Virus genome (UHGV): UHGV-1374897
DNA length: 64,000 nucleotides
Reading direction: 5' to 3' (one strand)
Origin: a virus
The position numbers and the translations under genes were made by a program. This document shows positions 9,000 through 19,804 of the stretch, in pieces. The notes under the pieces are model-generated. The model made no database searches. It saw nothing but the letters and a program-made list of their open reading frames with translations, and was not told the origin of the DNA. Every line of letters begins with the position of its first letter. Positions within the stretch are counted from its first letter, which is position 1.

Positions 9000-10918
9000 T
9001 GCACGAAGAATTAGATAAGAACCCTATATCATTTTCACTGCCTCGCATTCCGGGGTATGAAATGGAGATTACAGACGACCAGACCAAACTCACAGGCGAT
9101 ACTCTTGCCGTTGACTTTGAAACATACTACGAGGGGAAATATTCCCTTAAGTTCATGGACCCGCATTCCTACTGTCTGGACCCACGGTTCGACGCATACA
9201 TCATGTCCGTCTATGACGGGAAGTATTGCTGGGTAGGACATCCGAAGGATTTTGACTGGGAGAAAACTACGAAGGACAAAACCCTTGTCGCGTTTAACGC
9301 CAGCTTCGACTATGCCGTTTACCTCTTCGCACTTCACGCGCCGGGGTCCAAGGGCATCCCATGTACTCCCAGTTTCCGGCCGCCCTTCAAGGAGTGGCTC
9401 TGTTCCCGTGCCGCTTCCAACTATCTCGCCATCTATGGCTCTCTTGACAAGATTGTCGCAAAACTTTGGGGAGTAGAGATTAGCAAGGAGGTCCGAGCCA
9501 AGGCCGAAGGCGTTGATTTCCGCAAGATGGAAGTCATCCCAGACGACATGAAGGAATACGTGGCGGGCGATAGTTACTACTGTCTCGCCGTGTGGGACAA
9601 GATGAAGAACTTCTGGCCGGAAGATGAACGGGAATGCTGGCTCAATACCTGCATCATGGGATGGCGCGGAGTTCCTACTTCCCGCCAGTATCTTCTTGAC
9701 GGATTGGAGAAACTCCATCAGGCGCAGGAGGAATACAAGGAAGCTATCCCGCTTGAAAAGAAACTCTCCATTCCCCAACTACGTAGAGCGTGCGAGGAAC
9801 TGAACATCCCGCCGCCGGAGACGACGAGTAAGGCCAGCGAACTATTTACGGACTGGCTGGAAGAGTATGGCCACCTCGTTCCGTGGGTAACTCTTATCGG
9901 GAAGTACAGGAGCGTGAACCGCATGATTAGCATTACCGAGCGTATGCTTTCCCGCGTCTATACTGACCATGAAGGGATAGAACGTCTCCCCTATACGCTG
10001 ACCTACTGTGGCGCAAGTACGGGTCGCTGGACTGCCGGGGGCGACAAGCTCAACCTGCAACAGCTTAACCGTGAAGACGTTCTGGGCTTTAACCAGCGCA
10101 ACGCCATTCAAGCACCCGAAGGGTATAAGCTCGTGGTATGTGACTGGGCCGGGATTGAAGCACGTCTGACCGCTTGGCTCTGCGGGCAGGAGAAAATTCT
10201 TGATACCCTCCGTGCTGGTGAGAAGGACATCTATGCCGCTAACGCGAAAGGTTGGGGCCTCATCCCCGCGGATGTCAAGGACTTCAAACAGTACTGCAAG
10301 GAAACTCCGGGGCAAGCGGACCTTCGTCAGCATGTGAAGGCGGGGGTACTTGCTTGCGGCTTTAGTGCTGGATGGGGGGCTATTCAACGCTCGAACCCCG
10401 GAATGGACAGGGACCAGTGCCAAGCGATTGTGGACATGTACCGCAGTCGTAGCCCAGAAGTGGTAGCATGGTGGAGAGAGTTGGACGCGCTGGCCGCTCG
10501 TGGCTATCGTACCCCCTCTCATAGTTTTGCGCTCTCCCTTCCCTCTGGCCGGAAGCTCTATTATCGTAACTGTTACAAGAAACTCATTCAACCCAAGGAC
10601 GGTCGTCGTCCCTATTTCGTAACCTGCGTCGATTTCGGATACAAGTCCTCCATTGTCAATACTAACCTCCTTAGCAACAATAACATCCAGTCAATCGCAC
10701 GTGACCTCATGGTCCGCACGTTCAATCGCTTGTGCAAGGAATTAGAGGGTGCGCAACCTATCCTTCTCGTGCATGACGAAGCCGTAGTGATGGTTCCGGC
10801 TGACCATGCCGAGGAATACGCCCAGCGCATCGAACAGATAATGGAAGATACTCCCCAGTGGGCTTCTTCCCTTCCGCTCCTTGCCGAACCTGAAATCATG
10901 GACAAGTATCGCAAATGA
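8999..10918 (+). CDS. DNA polymerase, family A, with 3-5 exonuclease domain
   Basis: Exo motifs DFETYY, NASFDYAVY and YVAGDSYY. Pol motif A CDWAGIEARL, motif B KAGVLACGFSAGWG and motif C LVHDEAVV. The start is TGATG-overlapped with the upstream ORF (longer ORF call 8864..10918). Confidence 0.8.
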   Translation: MHEELDKNPISFSLPRIPGYEMEITDDQTKLTGDTLAVDFETYYEGKYSLKFMDPHSYCLDPRFDAYIMSVYDGKYCWVGHPKDFDWEKTTKDKTLVAFNASFDYAVYLFALHAPGSKGIPCTPSFRPPFKEWLCSRAASNYLAIYGSLDKIVAKLWGVEISKEVRAKAEGVDFRKMEVIPDDMKEYVAGDSYYCLAVWDKMKNFWPEDERECWLNTCIMGWRGVPTSRQYLLDGLEKLHQAQEEYKEAIPLEKKLSIPQLRRACEELNIPPPETTSKASELFTDWLEEYGHLVPWVTLIGKYRSVNRMISITERMLSRVYTDHEGIERLPYTLTYCGASTGRWTAGGDKLNLQQLNREDVLGFNQRNAIQAPEGYKLVVCDWAGIEARLTAWLCGQEKILDTLRAGEKDIYAANAKGWGLIPADVKDFKQYCKETPGQADLRQHVKAGVLACGFSAGWGAIQRSNPGMDRDQCQAIVDMYRSRSPEVVAWWRELDALAARGYRTPSHSFALSLPSGRKLYYRNCYKKLIQPKDGRRPYFVTCVDFGYKSSIVNTNLLSNNNIQSIARDLMVRTFNRLCKELEGAQPILLVHDEAVVMVPADHAEEYAQRIEQIMEDTPQWASSLPLLAEPEIMDKYRK

Positions 10919-12270
10919 GCGCACTTACTCCATTCCCGCCCCAAGAGGATTGCATCCATGATATGGTGGACGCGATTACCCGGCACGGCTATGTGATAAA
11001 TAAATCCTGCACGGGTACGGGGAAAACATTGGTTACTATCGAAACCGCGAAGGCTATGGGCAAGAGGCTTCTCGTCGTCTGCCCTGCCATCGTAGTGACC
11101 CAATGGAAGCGAGCGATTGAACAGCAAGGAGCGGACGCGGTGGATGTCCTCTCATGGGAGAAGGTGCGCAGGGGAAGTACCTCCTACTACAAACGCCCTA
11201 CAAAGGTTCCCAAGTCCCGGATAGTCTTCGGGGCTTGGACCCTTCCCGACGATTCCTTGCTGGTCCTTGATGAAAGCCACAAGGCCAAAACCTATGGTAG
11301 CCAAAGCAACATCATGGCATTAACTGCGGCTCATCAAAGGCTTCCAACGATTATGCTTTCTGCTACTCCTTTTATGTCTCCCCTCGATATGAGCGTTCCT
11401 GCAACGTATGCCAAGTGGATTCAAGACCCTCGGCGCGGGTTCTGGCTCTGGGCACGCATGCACGGATGCACTGACAGCTTCTGGGGAGGTATCGAGTTTA
11501 AGCTCAACCCGCGCAATCATGCCATGATGGAGAGCCTGAAACAAAAGCTCTTCACTGCTGGCGTTATGACAGAGATTGACAAGGATAGACTTGACACATT
11601 CTTCCCGGAGAATAGAATCGAATATCTGTCCGTGGACGTAGACATGAAAGGTATGAGAGAGATTAAACAGTTGCAGAAAGCACTTGACAAGCTGGACAAA
11701 TCATGGGACCAGTCCATCGAACGGGCTAACGAGAAGGGAATCGAACTTCCCGCTATCGTTGAACTCCTTCGGCTTCGCCAGCAATCTGAATTGGCTAAGC
11801 TCCCCACGATGGCAGAGAAGGCAGTCGAACTTCTGGATAGTGGATATAGCGTCGCCATCTTCGTGTCTTTCCTCGACAGTCTCTCCACACTCTCGGAACT
11901 CATTAACAATAAATCGGGGAGAACAGTTCCCTACTCCGAGATTAGTGGAGCGGTGACTGGGAAGAACCGACAGGAAGAGGTGGACAAGTTCCAACGGAAT
12001 GGAGTTCCTCTCGCTCTCGTGCAGATTAGTGCAGGAGGAACGGGTGTGTCTCTCCACGATACGGAGGGTGGCCACCCCCGCGCCGCGCTTATCTCGCCCG
12101 ATTTTTCCCTCTCGTCACTCCTGCAAGCTCAAGGACGTATTGCCCGTCTCGGTGCAAAGTCACACACCTTGCAGTACATTGTGACCGCCTCCGGTACGGT
12201 GGAGGAACGAATCATACAATCACTCAACACAAAAGAAATTTGCTTTAACGCATTAACATCAAATGGCTAA
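10915..12270 (+). CDS. SF2 helicase (SNF2/DEAD-like)
   Basis: Walker A-like CTGTGKT, DESH box LVLDESHKAK, and helicase-C motif VI QAQGRIARLG. Confidence 0.6.
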   Translation: MSALTPFPPQEDCIHDMVDAITRHGYVINKSCTGTGKTLVTIETAKAMGKRLLVVCPAIVVTQWKRAIEQQGADAVDVLSWEKVRRGSTSYYKRPTKVPKSRIVFGAWTLPDDSLLVLDESHKAKTYGSQSNIMALTAAHQRLPTIMLSATPFMSPLDMSVPATYAKWIQDPRRGFWLWARMHGCTDSFWGGIEFKLNPRNHAMMESLKQKLFTAGVMTEIDKDRLDTFFPENRIEYLSVDVDMKGMREIKQLQKALDKLDKSWDQSIERANEKGIELPAIVELLRLRQQSELAKLPTMAEKAVELLDSGYSVAIFVSFLDSLSTLSELINNKSGRTVPYSEISGAVTGKNRQEEVDKFQRNGVPLALVQISAGGTGVSLHDTEGGHPRAALISPDFSLSSLLQAQGRIARLGAKSHTLQYIVTASGTVEERIIQSLNTKEICFNALTSNG

Positions 12271-13477
12271 TAACGAAACCAACACTCACAGCAAGTACAG
12301 TCCGAGTAAGATGGCATTGCTCGCTACCTGTCCCGGATATATGCCTCGCCCCATGACTAAAGAGGAAGAAGAGGATGACTTCTCCCCGGCGGCCATTGGG
12401 ACCCGTGTTCACGCGGCCCTCGAAACCAAGAACCCAGAATCCCTTCTTACCAAGCATGAACACATCCTCTACACTGCGGCATCCAACATGGTGGATAGGC
12501 TCATGTCCATCTTCGCAACCGAGGTACAAACGGACAAGGTAGAAGTACTCCCTGAACACAAGTTTGAAGGAATCGTCTTCAACCCAGACGACGAAGCACA
12601 AACCGGAACGGCTGACGTTCTTGTCCGGCATGGCGATACTTCCATGATTATCGACTACAAAATGGGGATGGTCCCTGTCTCTGACCCTGCCGAGAATACC
12701 CAGTTCATCTACTATGGTTTGCTGGAAATGGCAGAACGCCCTGAATGTAAGCGTATTATCCTTGCGGTGGTACAACCCAGCCAGACCGAAAGCATGAAGA
12801 TTGCGGCGTTCTACCGTGATGGTAAGGGGCCGAAGTTCACTACCGACATGTCTGTCGTCCCTATGGATGAAGCTACCGCGAGGGAAAGCATGGGCGCAGT
12901 CATCGCCCGCCATTGCCGTGACGCGGAGAACCCCTATGCCTACTCATCCTCTCCGCACGTCTGCCCCTACTGTTCCCGTCTTGCCCAGTGCAAGAAGGTG
13001 ACCAGCATGGCCCGTAACTTCTCGCTCAAAGTGTTGAAGGACAAGGACCTAGCCGAGGGGATGATTGATAACGTCGGTACGGCGATGGACAACCCGGAAA
13101 CCCTTGGCTCCCTTCTTTCCTTTGCGAACATTATCGCGGAGGCCAACAAGGTGCATAAGGACTATGCCAAGACCCTCTTCGCTTGCGGCATTGATGTTCC
13201 CGGATGGAAGTACGCACGGCGAGGCAATACCGTGAAGGTGGACAATGATGCCTTCCGTGCCTACGTCGAGCAGTACATTTCCCCAGAGGAAATTCTGGAC
13301 AGCATCTCCCGCCTTCCTGTGTCGAAGCTTCTTGACATGGTGGTAGATAAAAACAAAGTTGAAGGAGCCACCCGTGCCGAGATGAAGGAGGCCAAGGAAT
13401 CGTTGCTCGAAGAGCTTCAAGAACTTGGAGTAGTGAAAGAAGTGACGAGCGCGATGGCTTTGCTCAAAATCAAATAA
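12263..13477 (+). CDS. PD-(D/E)xK nuclease, Cas4/RecB-like, with a C-terminal Cys cluster
   Basis: Motifs TADVLV and IIDYKMG. CPYCSRLAQC cysteines are typical of Fe-S Cas4/AddB-type nucleases. Confidence 0.55.
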   Translation: MANNETNTHSKYSPSKMALLATCPGYMPRPMTKEEEEDDFSPAAIGTRVHAALETKNPESLLTKHEHILYTAASNMVDRLMSIFATEVQTDKVEVLPEHKFEGIVFNPDDEAQTGTADVLVRHGDTSMIIDYKMGMVPVSDPAENTQFIYYGLLEMAERPECKRIILAVVQPSQTESMKIAAFYRDGKGPKFTTDMSVVPMDEATARESMGAVIARHCRDAENPYAYSSSPHVCPYCSRLAQCKKVTSMARNFSLKVLKDKDLAEGMIDNVGTAMDNPETLGSLLSFANIIAEANKVHKDYAKTLFACGIDVPGWKYARRGNTVKVDNDAFRAYVEQYISPEEILDSISRLPVSKLLDMVVDKNKVEGATRAEMKEAKESLLEELQELGVVKEVTSAMALLKIK

Positions 13478-13482
13478 AGTTC

Positions 13483-13510
13483 TTGACAAAATCCTGAACT
13501 ATGATACATT
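13483..13510 (+). promoter_or_regulatory. Sigma70-like promoter TTGACA-N16-TACATT
   Basis: TTGACA at 13483-13488 and TACATT at 13505-13510. A 180-nt leader runs to gene 13699. Confidence 0.45.
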
Positions 13511-13698
13511 CAACCACGTACCCACGGGGAGTGGGGAACGGGCAACAAAGCCGACGACCGTGGAGATTCGAGTTCCGCGACGAAGAGGTACTCTCTTTCT
13601 AGCGTAGCGAATCGTTGAAGCGGTAATTATATAAGTACTAAAGAGTTACTTATATAAATCCCAAGCCCTCAACCCAAAACCAAGAATAAACGAATACT

Positions 13699-14466
13699 AT
13701 GGCTACTAAGAAAACAGAACACGAAACCTTGGGAATGGACCCGGAAGACGCATTGGAACTGGGAACTCCCGAACCCAATCAACTCGCAACCGCTACGGAA
13801 TACCACTCCTTCGAGGGCGAGACCGACGCTTCGGACATCCAGATTCCCTACCTCAAACTGTGGCAAGCCTCTTGTGATGAAGCCAAATTGGAAGAACCGA
13901 TTGGCAGTTTGGGCGCGTTCCTTCTCAATGGTCTGGTCGTTGCCGAGCGCAATAATCCTCTTGAATGTATCGTATTGAAGGCTCGTAAGTTCTTCCGCGA
14001 ATACATCCCGTACAACGAACGTCAGCCCGGCGTTTACGCTAAGACGTGGAATACGAAGGAAGAGTATGAAGCAGAAGGATTCGACAAGTCGCAGGTCAAC
14101 CGTGCCCTTGCCATGTGGCTACTGGTTAAGAAGCCGCAGGGTATTAAGGACGCAAGTACCACCGAGGATGACCTTGACGCTCTCTTCACCATTGACTTCA
14201 TGGGCGACCAGTGGACGCTGGCACGATACACCCCGGAAGGTAACCAGTACACGGGCGTTGGTGCTCCCTTCATCCAGTTCATGATGTTGAAGGGTAGTAA
14301 GCTCGGCTCCCTGCCCTTCCGTGTGCAGATTGGTGCACAACGCGCCGTCTCCCGCGACGGGAAGAACAGCTACGCCAAAGCGTATCTCAAGTTCAAACCG
14401 CATCCTGTGGAAGGACAGGTTGAAGCCATCCAAGAGATGGGCCTCCTTTCCGCGGTAACCAAGTAA
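13699..14466 (+). CDS. Hypothetical protein, 255 aa (possible ssDNA-annealing or binding partner of the nuclease)
   Basis: Position between the nuclease and the resolvase. No motif recognised. Confidence 0.4.
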   Translation: MATKKTEHETLGMDPEDALELGTPEPNQLATATEYHSFEGETDASDIQIPYLKLWQASCDEAKLEEPIGSLGAFLLNGLVVAERNNPLECIVLKARKFFREYIPYNERQPGVYAKTWNTKEEYEAEGFDKSQVNRALAMWLLVKKPQGIKDASTTEDDLDALFTIDFMGDQWTLARYTPEGNQYTGVGAPFIQFMMLKGSKLGSLPFRVQIGAQRAVSRDGKNSYAKAYLKFKPHPVEGQVEAIQEMGLLSAVTK

Positions 14467-14611
14467 CCCCCTCCCGGCTCTGACGGGTTTATCCCGTAGC
14501 ACCGCATTGCGGGTAAAAAAGGAGCACGTTCCATTCGGCCATCATAGTACGCTATGGTGGCCGTCTTATTTTTGTGCTTGACCTTCTGGACTTTGTGGGA
14601 TATATTCTCCT

Positions 14612-15127
14612 ATGCAACTAGTAGGAGTTGACCCCGGAACCCACGGTGCCCTTGTACTCGCGGACACCCGGAGCAAGAAAATCTGGATAAAGCACATGCC
14701 AGAGGACGAAAGGGAACTGGAAATCATATTAAACAAACTGCCACGTAGCCGTCATCGTATCATGTACATTGAGAAGATGTCCTATGCCATGAGCGGGGGT
14801 GGCAAGGTGTCCAATCCGAGAAGTAGTGGCGTATTGGGAGAGGCAACCGGGAAGGTCCTCGGTTACGCCGCGGCGGCGGGGTACGCCGTCACAAAGGTTT
14901 CCCCAATCGTATGGATGAGGGCCGTGGGGGCGTATGATACGGGCCTGACCGCCCGTGACCGCACGAAGTGGAAGAACAACCTGAAACGCATCGCGATGGA
15001 GAACTTCCCCGGCGCGAAGGTGACATTGCAGAACGCGGACGCTCTTCTCATTCTACTGTATGCGTACCGGGAACTGAACGACGACCACACACTGACCCTC
15101 GACAACTGGGATATAGAAAGGATATAG
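14612..15127 (+). CDS. RuvC-like Holliday junction resolvase
   Basis: N-terminal GVDPG motif and C-terminal NADALLILLYA, matching the RuvC DxADALAIA pattern. Confidence 0.7.
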   Translation: MQLVGVDPGTHGALVLADTRSKKIWIKHMPEDERELEIILNKLPRSRHRIMYIEKMSYAMSGGGKVSNPRSSGVLGEATGKVLGYAAAAGYAVTKVSPIVWMRAVGAYDTGLTARDRTKWKNNLKRIAMENFPGAKVTLQNADALLILLYAYRELNDDHTLTLDNWDIERI

Positions 15128-15128
15128 C

Positions 15129-16973
15129 ATGGCACGACACTTTACCCGCTACGGACGACAATGGGAGTACGGAGTTTCGGAATTGGACATCGAACTCTGG
15201 TGCTTCAAATACGCATGGCCCGAAGAGAAGGGAGGGCTGGGCAGGTATGGACACGCTAAGAACGCCATCAATCTCCTGTGGAATTACAAGGGCAGTCCTA
15301 CTCCCATTATCTGGACACCGTGGATTGAACGGATGATTGAAACCGCGTGCAAATATGATGTGGTCATCATGGGTGGAGGCTCGTCCTCTGGGAAGTCATT
15401 ATCTATGGCTATCATGGCGACGCTCTTCTATCTGGCTGACCCGGTCGATACCCTTTGCCTAGTCACATCGACTACTATTGAAGGTGCGAAGAAACGTATC
15501 TTCAAGGATATTAAACGGTTGTGGCGCAAGGAATTTCCGGGTAAGCTCGTTGACGGTAAGGGACAGATTAAAGGCGTGAACGAGGACGGGGATATTGATG
15601 ATTCCCGTGGCATCTCCATTATCCCCTGCGCGAACGTCGGCGACCCCAGTAGCCGATTTATCGGTATTAAGGCAAAGAACATGCACGTCTTTTACGACGA
15701 GCTTTCCGAATTGCCGATTGAACTCGTCGAGGTGTGGCGTACCAACCTCATCACCAACAGAGCGGACACGCCGCCTACCCTGATGGCCGCCTCTAACCCC
15801 AAGAGCCGCACCGATGCCTTTGGTGTTATGGCTATGCCCAAGGATGGGTGGAACAGCGTTGACATCTTTGAGGAATACGAGTGGGAGACCAAGGACGGGA
15901 TTTACATCCGCTTCGACAACACCCAGAACCCCCGCATCAAATATGGCCGCGAGGATTGGAGCTTCTACACCCCGTTGGACATCGTTCAGCAAACGATTGA
16001 ACAGTACGGGGAGAATAGTCCGTTCGTGATGCGGTTCCACCGGGCCACCTTTTCAGATGATACGGAAGAAGGTTCACTAATGTCGGAGGCTGAAATTTAC
16101 GGCAGTGGCGCGGATGCCATGCCTGTCTGGGGAGACGGCGAGTTGATTACCATCGCAGGATTGGACCCTGCCTACACCAACGGCGGCGACCAGTCCTGCC
16201 TTAAACTCGCCAAAGTCGGACGAACGGTTGAAGGGCTTTGGGCGTGCGCGGTGTTCCGTACCTATCTGTTGAAGTCTACGTCCGACAAGGAACGGATGAA
16301 GCAAAGGAACTTCGACATCGCCCAGCAAGTTGGAGAGATTCTCCGGGCCAACGGGGTTGAGAGCAAGTACCTTGCCGTAGACGTAACCGGAGGTACTGGT
16401 TTCATCGACATCCTCGCCCAGCATGTCGGCACGGACTTCCAGACGGTCAGCTTCGCGGGTATGGCGAGCAAGGTGCCCATTGGCCTGTTGCAGAATCAAG
16501 AGGCATGTCAGCAATATAGCAACAAGGTCTCCGAGCTTTGGGGGTGCATGAAACTGGCAATCAATGCTCGCCAACTTTATGGCCTTGACCCGACAACTAT
16601 CGTCGAGCTTAAATCCCGGCTCTACACCATGAATGGAACCCGAATTGCCGTGGAACCCAAGGCGGCCATGAAGAAGCGGATTCATAAATCCCCGGACAAC
16701 GCGGACGCACTAGCACTATTGGTGCACGTGTGCCGGGGAATCATGGGACCGGAGTTCGGTAAGATTAGGCTTGACATTCAGAACCATAAGGTGGTAGAAC
16801 ATCAAGAGGTAATCAAATATCGCGAAGACGGAACCGCATATATTGAAGCCGCAGACATTGGCAGGTACCTCGGAGGCTTCGTCGGAGGCAATGCCACCGC
16901 TCCTGCCTCCGCTCCTGCCCGCGACACCTTTGCCTCCGACGTAACCGCCGCAATGAACATGCTATGGACCTAA
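15129..16973 (+). CDS. terL: Terminase large subunit
   Basis: Walker A GGGSSSGKS, Walker B VFYDELSE, and a C-terminal RNaseH-like nuclease motif IAGLDPAYTNGGDQS. Confidence 0.8.
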   Translation: MARHFTRYGRQWEYGVSELDIELWCFKYAWPEEKGGLGRYGHAKNAINLLWNYKGSPTPIIWTPWIERMIETACKYDVVIMGGGSSSGKSLSMAIMATLFYLADPVDTLCLVTSTTIEGAKKRIFKDIKRLWRKEFPGKLVDGKGQIKGVNEDGDIDDSRGISIIPCANVGDPSSRFIGIKAKNMHVFYDELSELPIELVEVWRTNLITNRADTPPTLMAASNPKSRTDAFGVMAMPKDGWNSVDIFEEYEWETKDGIYIRFDNTQNPRIKYGREDWSFYTPLDIVQQTIEQYGENSPFVMRFHRATFSDDTEEGSLMSEAEIYGSGADAMPVWGDGELITIAGLDPAYTNGGDQSCLKLAKVGRTVEGLWACAVFRTYLLKSTSDKERMKQRNFDIAQQVGEILRANGVESKYLAVDVTGGTGFIDILAQHVGTDFQTVSFAGMASKVPIGLLQNQEACQQYSNKVSELWGCMKLAINARQLYGLDPTTIVELKSRLYTMNGTRIAVEPKAAMKKRIHKSPDNADALALLVHVCRGIMGPEFGKIRLDIQNHKVVEHQEVIKYREDGTAYIEAADIGRYLGGFVGGNATAPASAPARDTFASDVTAAMNMLWT

Positions 16974-17623
16974 GAGCCGCTGCAAAGATTTCTACACCCA
17001 AACCGATTTCCAACGAGAACACCGTTATAAGGAAGGCCATTGAGATGTACAAGGCCGGAACTCCCGTGCCCGTCATCTCGGAAGTTACTGGCCTTCCCCG
17101 TGAACGTGTTGATAAGATTGTTGATAGCGTCCAACTCTCGAAGGAGGAACTGGCTATCCGCAATGAACTTCTCAATACGTACACGCAGAACACACAGGCA
17201 CGCATCCTCCAACGCCAAGAGGCGAGGACGAAGATAGAGCTTGACATCGTTGAATCCATGAGTAGTCAGTACAAAGAACTGATGAACAGTGGATTCTCCC
17301 GTGTCGCTTCCTTCATGGCCGACGCAGAGATACAATCAATTAAGGATGTACCTCTCTTCCTCTCTATCATGGAGCGAAGCCACGGCCTGTGGGAGAAGTT
17401 TAACGAAGCGATTGCGAAGCGCGACATGGACCTACTGTCACAGGTTATCCAGCAGTTCGAACTGGAACAGACCGAGATAGTGACGCAGATGGGATTGCAG
17501 GGAGGACCAGTAACTCTGAACAAGGATGGCACTCGCCCTGAACTGGAAGAAGGAAGCGCGGCCCGTACCATCACCTTGAAGCTCAAGAAGAAGGGCGAAA
17601 AGCCCGAAGAAGACACTAAATAA
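16964..17623 (+). CDS. Hypothetical protein, 219 aa, with an N-terminal HTH-like segment (possible small terminase)
   Basis: ORF overlapping the TerL end. Segment VISEVTGLPRERVDKIV looks like a helix-turn-helix. Confidence 0.4.
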   Translation: MDLRAAAKISTPKPISNENTVIRKAIEMYKAGTPVPVISEVTGLPRERVDKIVDSVQLSKEELAIRNELLNTYTQNTQARILQRQEARTKIELDIVESMSSQYKELMNSGFSRVASFMADAEIQSIKDVPLFLSIMERSHGLWEKFNEAIAKRDMDLLSQVIQQFELEQTEIVTQMGLQGGPVTLNKDGTRPELEEGSAARTITLKLKKKGEKPEEDTK

Positions 17624-17625
17624 AC

Positions 17626-17653
17626 TTGACAAGATTCTTTTTTCTTCTATATT
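17626..17653 (+). promoter_or_regulatory. Sigma70-like promoter TTGACA-N16-TATATT, predicted to give a leaderless mRNA for gene 17660
   Basis: The -10 box ends at 17653 and the ATG is at 17660. Confidence 0.45.
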
Positions 17654-17659
17654 GAGGTC

Positions 17660-18424
17660 ATGTCCAAACCCGAAAACATTCAGGAAGTATTCCGTCGTTG
17701 GACCCCGGTAGCTCTCATGAACTTGCCGGAGGAAGTGAAGACCCCAGAAACGTTCCCCGATTATATGGGGACGGATGATGAACCGTTGCCTGTTGGTCAT
17801 AGTCAGGGAATTCTGACGGTCATTGGGTACTCCCATGATGTCCGATACCCCTATGTCGTGCAATGTGCATGTGGGAATGTGGTCACGATGAACCGTCTGC
17901 AATTAACGCGCAAGCAATACCATTGTGGATGCCTGACCCAAATCATGCGCTCATCCTATCTTATCCGCTTGCGGGTAGAAGCTATGCGTTCATGGTGGCA
18001 ACAGGTTCCTCTGTGGCTCGATGACCTTGACAAGCTTCGCGAACACGCGAAGAAGTACAAGAAGGCCGTCAAGAGAACGCGTAAGTACAACGCCAAACTC
18101 TCACATGTCGAGTACGCGGACGACCCGCTGACGTTTGACAGGGAGGTAGAGACCTCCGGTAGCCCTGACGGGGCAGACGCTTTCCTTTCCCTCATCGCAC
18201 CGTCGGAGGAATATAGTCAGTTCCTACGCAGTATTGCCGAGAAGCTGACCAAGGAATATAAACCTTGGCCCGCAATCCCGATGGCGAATACAAGCGCGTA
18301 TGCCAGTTACAAGAACGAACTGCCCGAATTTGACGCGGCTACCTTCATTAACTTCGTCAACTACCTTGCAGACGCACAAGAGAATGAAACCCTGAAACCC
18401 ACCACGGAGTATGGCCATAAGTGA
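17660..18424 (+). CDS. Hypothetical protein, 254 aa
   Basis: ORF. Confidence 0.5.
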   Translation: MSKPENIQEVFRRWTPVALMNLPEEVKTPETFPDYMGTDDEPLPVGHSQGILTVIGYSHDVRYPYVVQCACGNVVTMNRLQLTRKQYHCGCLTQIMRSSYLIRLRVEAMRSWWQQVPLWLDDLDKLREHAKKYKKAVKRTRKYNAKLSHVEYADDPLTFDREVETSGSPDGADAFLSLIAPSEEYSQFLRSIAEKLTKEYKPWPAIPMANTSAYASYKNELPEFDAATFINFVNYLADAQENETLKPTTEYGHK

Positions 18425-18902
18425 GAATGCCGCCGTCTTCCATGAGGTAGCACAGGATAAGGAGGTGTGGGGAAAAGCATGGAGATACCGTGCCTACTAC
18501 CTTGCGTGGGTGAACGGGAAGTCCGCGAGGCTTGCGCCTACACGTGGCGAGGTCATGCACCCCTACCCTGACCGGGCGAACCCTACACACGTGATGGCCT
18601 TTAAGGATGTTGACCCGGTGCATGGAGTGCGTCCTAAATACTTTCGGACAAAGATATTCTCGAATAGTACGGAAACCCCACTCATCAGACCCCTCACGCT
18701 AACTCCGGGCAGTCCTCGAAAGTACCCCTTCTTCTCCTATCTAATGTATGAGCCTCTCGTCGAATCCCAGCTCTACTTCCGCTGGTATCTCTTCCAGCAG
18801 TTGGTAACTGAATGGGCATTCAATATCCTGCCGCCTCAAGCGGACACATCCTTGGGCATACAGGCTGAACGCCGCGCCCTCAAAGCAACTAAAACAAAAT
18901 AA
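18411..18902 (+). CDS. Hypothetical protein, 163 aa
   Basis: ORF. Confidence 0.45.
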   Translation: MAISENAAVFHEVAQDKEVWGKAWRYRAYYLAWVNGKSARLAPTRGEVMHPYPDRANPTHVMAFKDVDPVHGVRPKYFRTKIFSNSTETPLIRPLTLTPGSPRKYPFFSYLMYEPLVESQLYFRWYLFQQLVTEWAFNILPPQADTSLGIQAERRALKATKTK

Positions 18903-18908
18903 ACGACA

Positions 18909-19799
18909 ATGGCTACAATAGCAATCCCTTGTGAACCTCGCGTCCTCATCAACGGCGCGAACATTGCACAGAACCTCATTGACAGCGTTGCGGCTTCCAG
19001 CCGTGGCGACCACGATGTTTGGCTCCTGCTCCCTTACCGGGCCAAGGCCGCCGCTGAACCCATGATTAAAATCTTGAAGAATCAGTTCCGGGACCTTCGC
19101 ACGATTGAGTTGCTGACCCCTGTCACGGATAATTACGCACTCGTTACTCATCTCTTCGCCCGACTGCAACAGGCTCTGGCTTACGAGAACGCGCCGGACG
19201 AACGAGCTATCATTTGGGTTTCCGAACGCGGCAATGAAAAGTTTAAGCCCGGCGCGATTGATACGCTGGATGCAACGTTCTATCGCAAGAAGGCTCCGGT
19301 TATTGCGGGCAAGTATTTTACGATTCCTGCCACCGAGAACTCTTATGAATCCCGCACCGTGGACGGAACCTTCGTCATGTCCAGCCAGCTGGCGAAACTC
19401 TATCCCCAGCGAGTTCCCTACGTCACCATCTCCCAGCATTTCCGTCTCTTCCTTGACAAGGTGCTGACCGAGAAGTGCTTCAACGTGGAGAACTGGGACG
19501 ACCTCATCACCGTTGGTGAAATCCCTGACGCGGACAACTTTAAGCTTCCCCAAGTTCTTGGCGAAGTCACGGTGACGACCCCTGCCGAGGTATCTATCGC
19601 CAGCTTCAAAGCGGAATCTGTCAATATGATGGGACAGTCCGAGCAAGTCGGTGGAGCTACGAAGGCTCGCGAAGACTTAAGGAACGTTGAGGACTTGACA
19701 CCGAGCGTGAAAGTTGCTACACCTTCTCCTGTGAAGTCCAAGACCAAGAAAGCCATGAAGGCTGACGCGGTTACGGGCGAAGAAGAAATAGACAAATAA
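18909..19799 (+). CDS. Hypothetical protein, 296 aa
   Basis: ORF. Confidence 0.5.
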   Translation: MATIAIPCEPRVLINGANIAQNLIDSVAASSRGDHDVWLLLPYRAKAAAEPMIKILKNQFRDLRTIELLTPVTDNYALVTHLFARLQQALAYENAPDERAIIWVSERGNEKFKPGAIDTLDATFYRKKAPVIAGKYFTIPATENSYESRTVDGTFVMSSQLAKLYPQRVPYVTISQHFRLFLDKVLTEKCFNVENWDDLITVGEIPDADNFKLPQVLGEVTVTTPAEVSIASFKAESVNMMGQSEQVGGATKAREDLRNVEDLTPSVKVATPSPVKSKTKKAMKADAVTGEEEIDK

Positions 19800-19804
19800 C
19801 TGAC

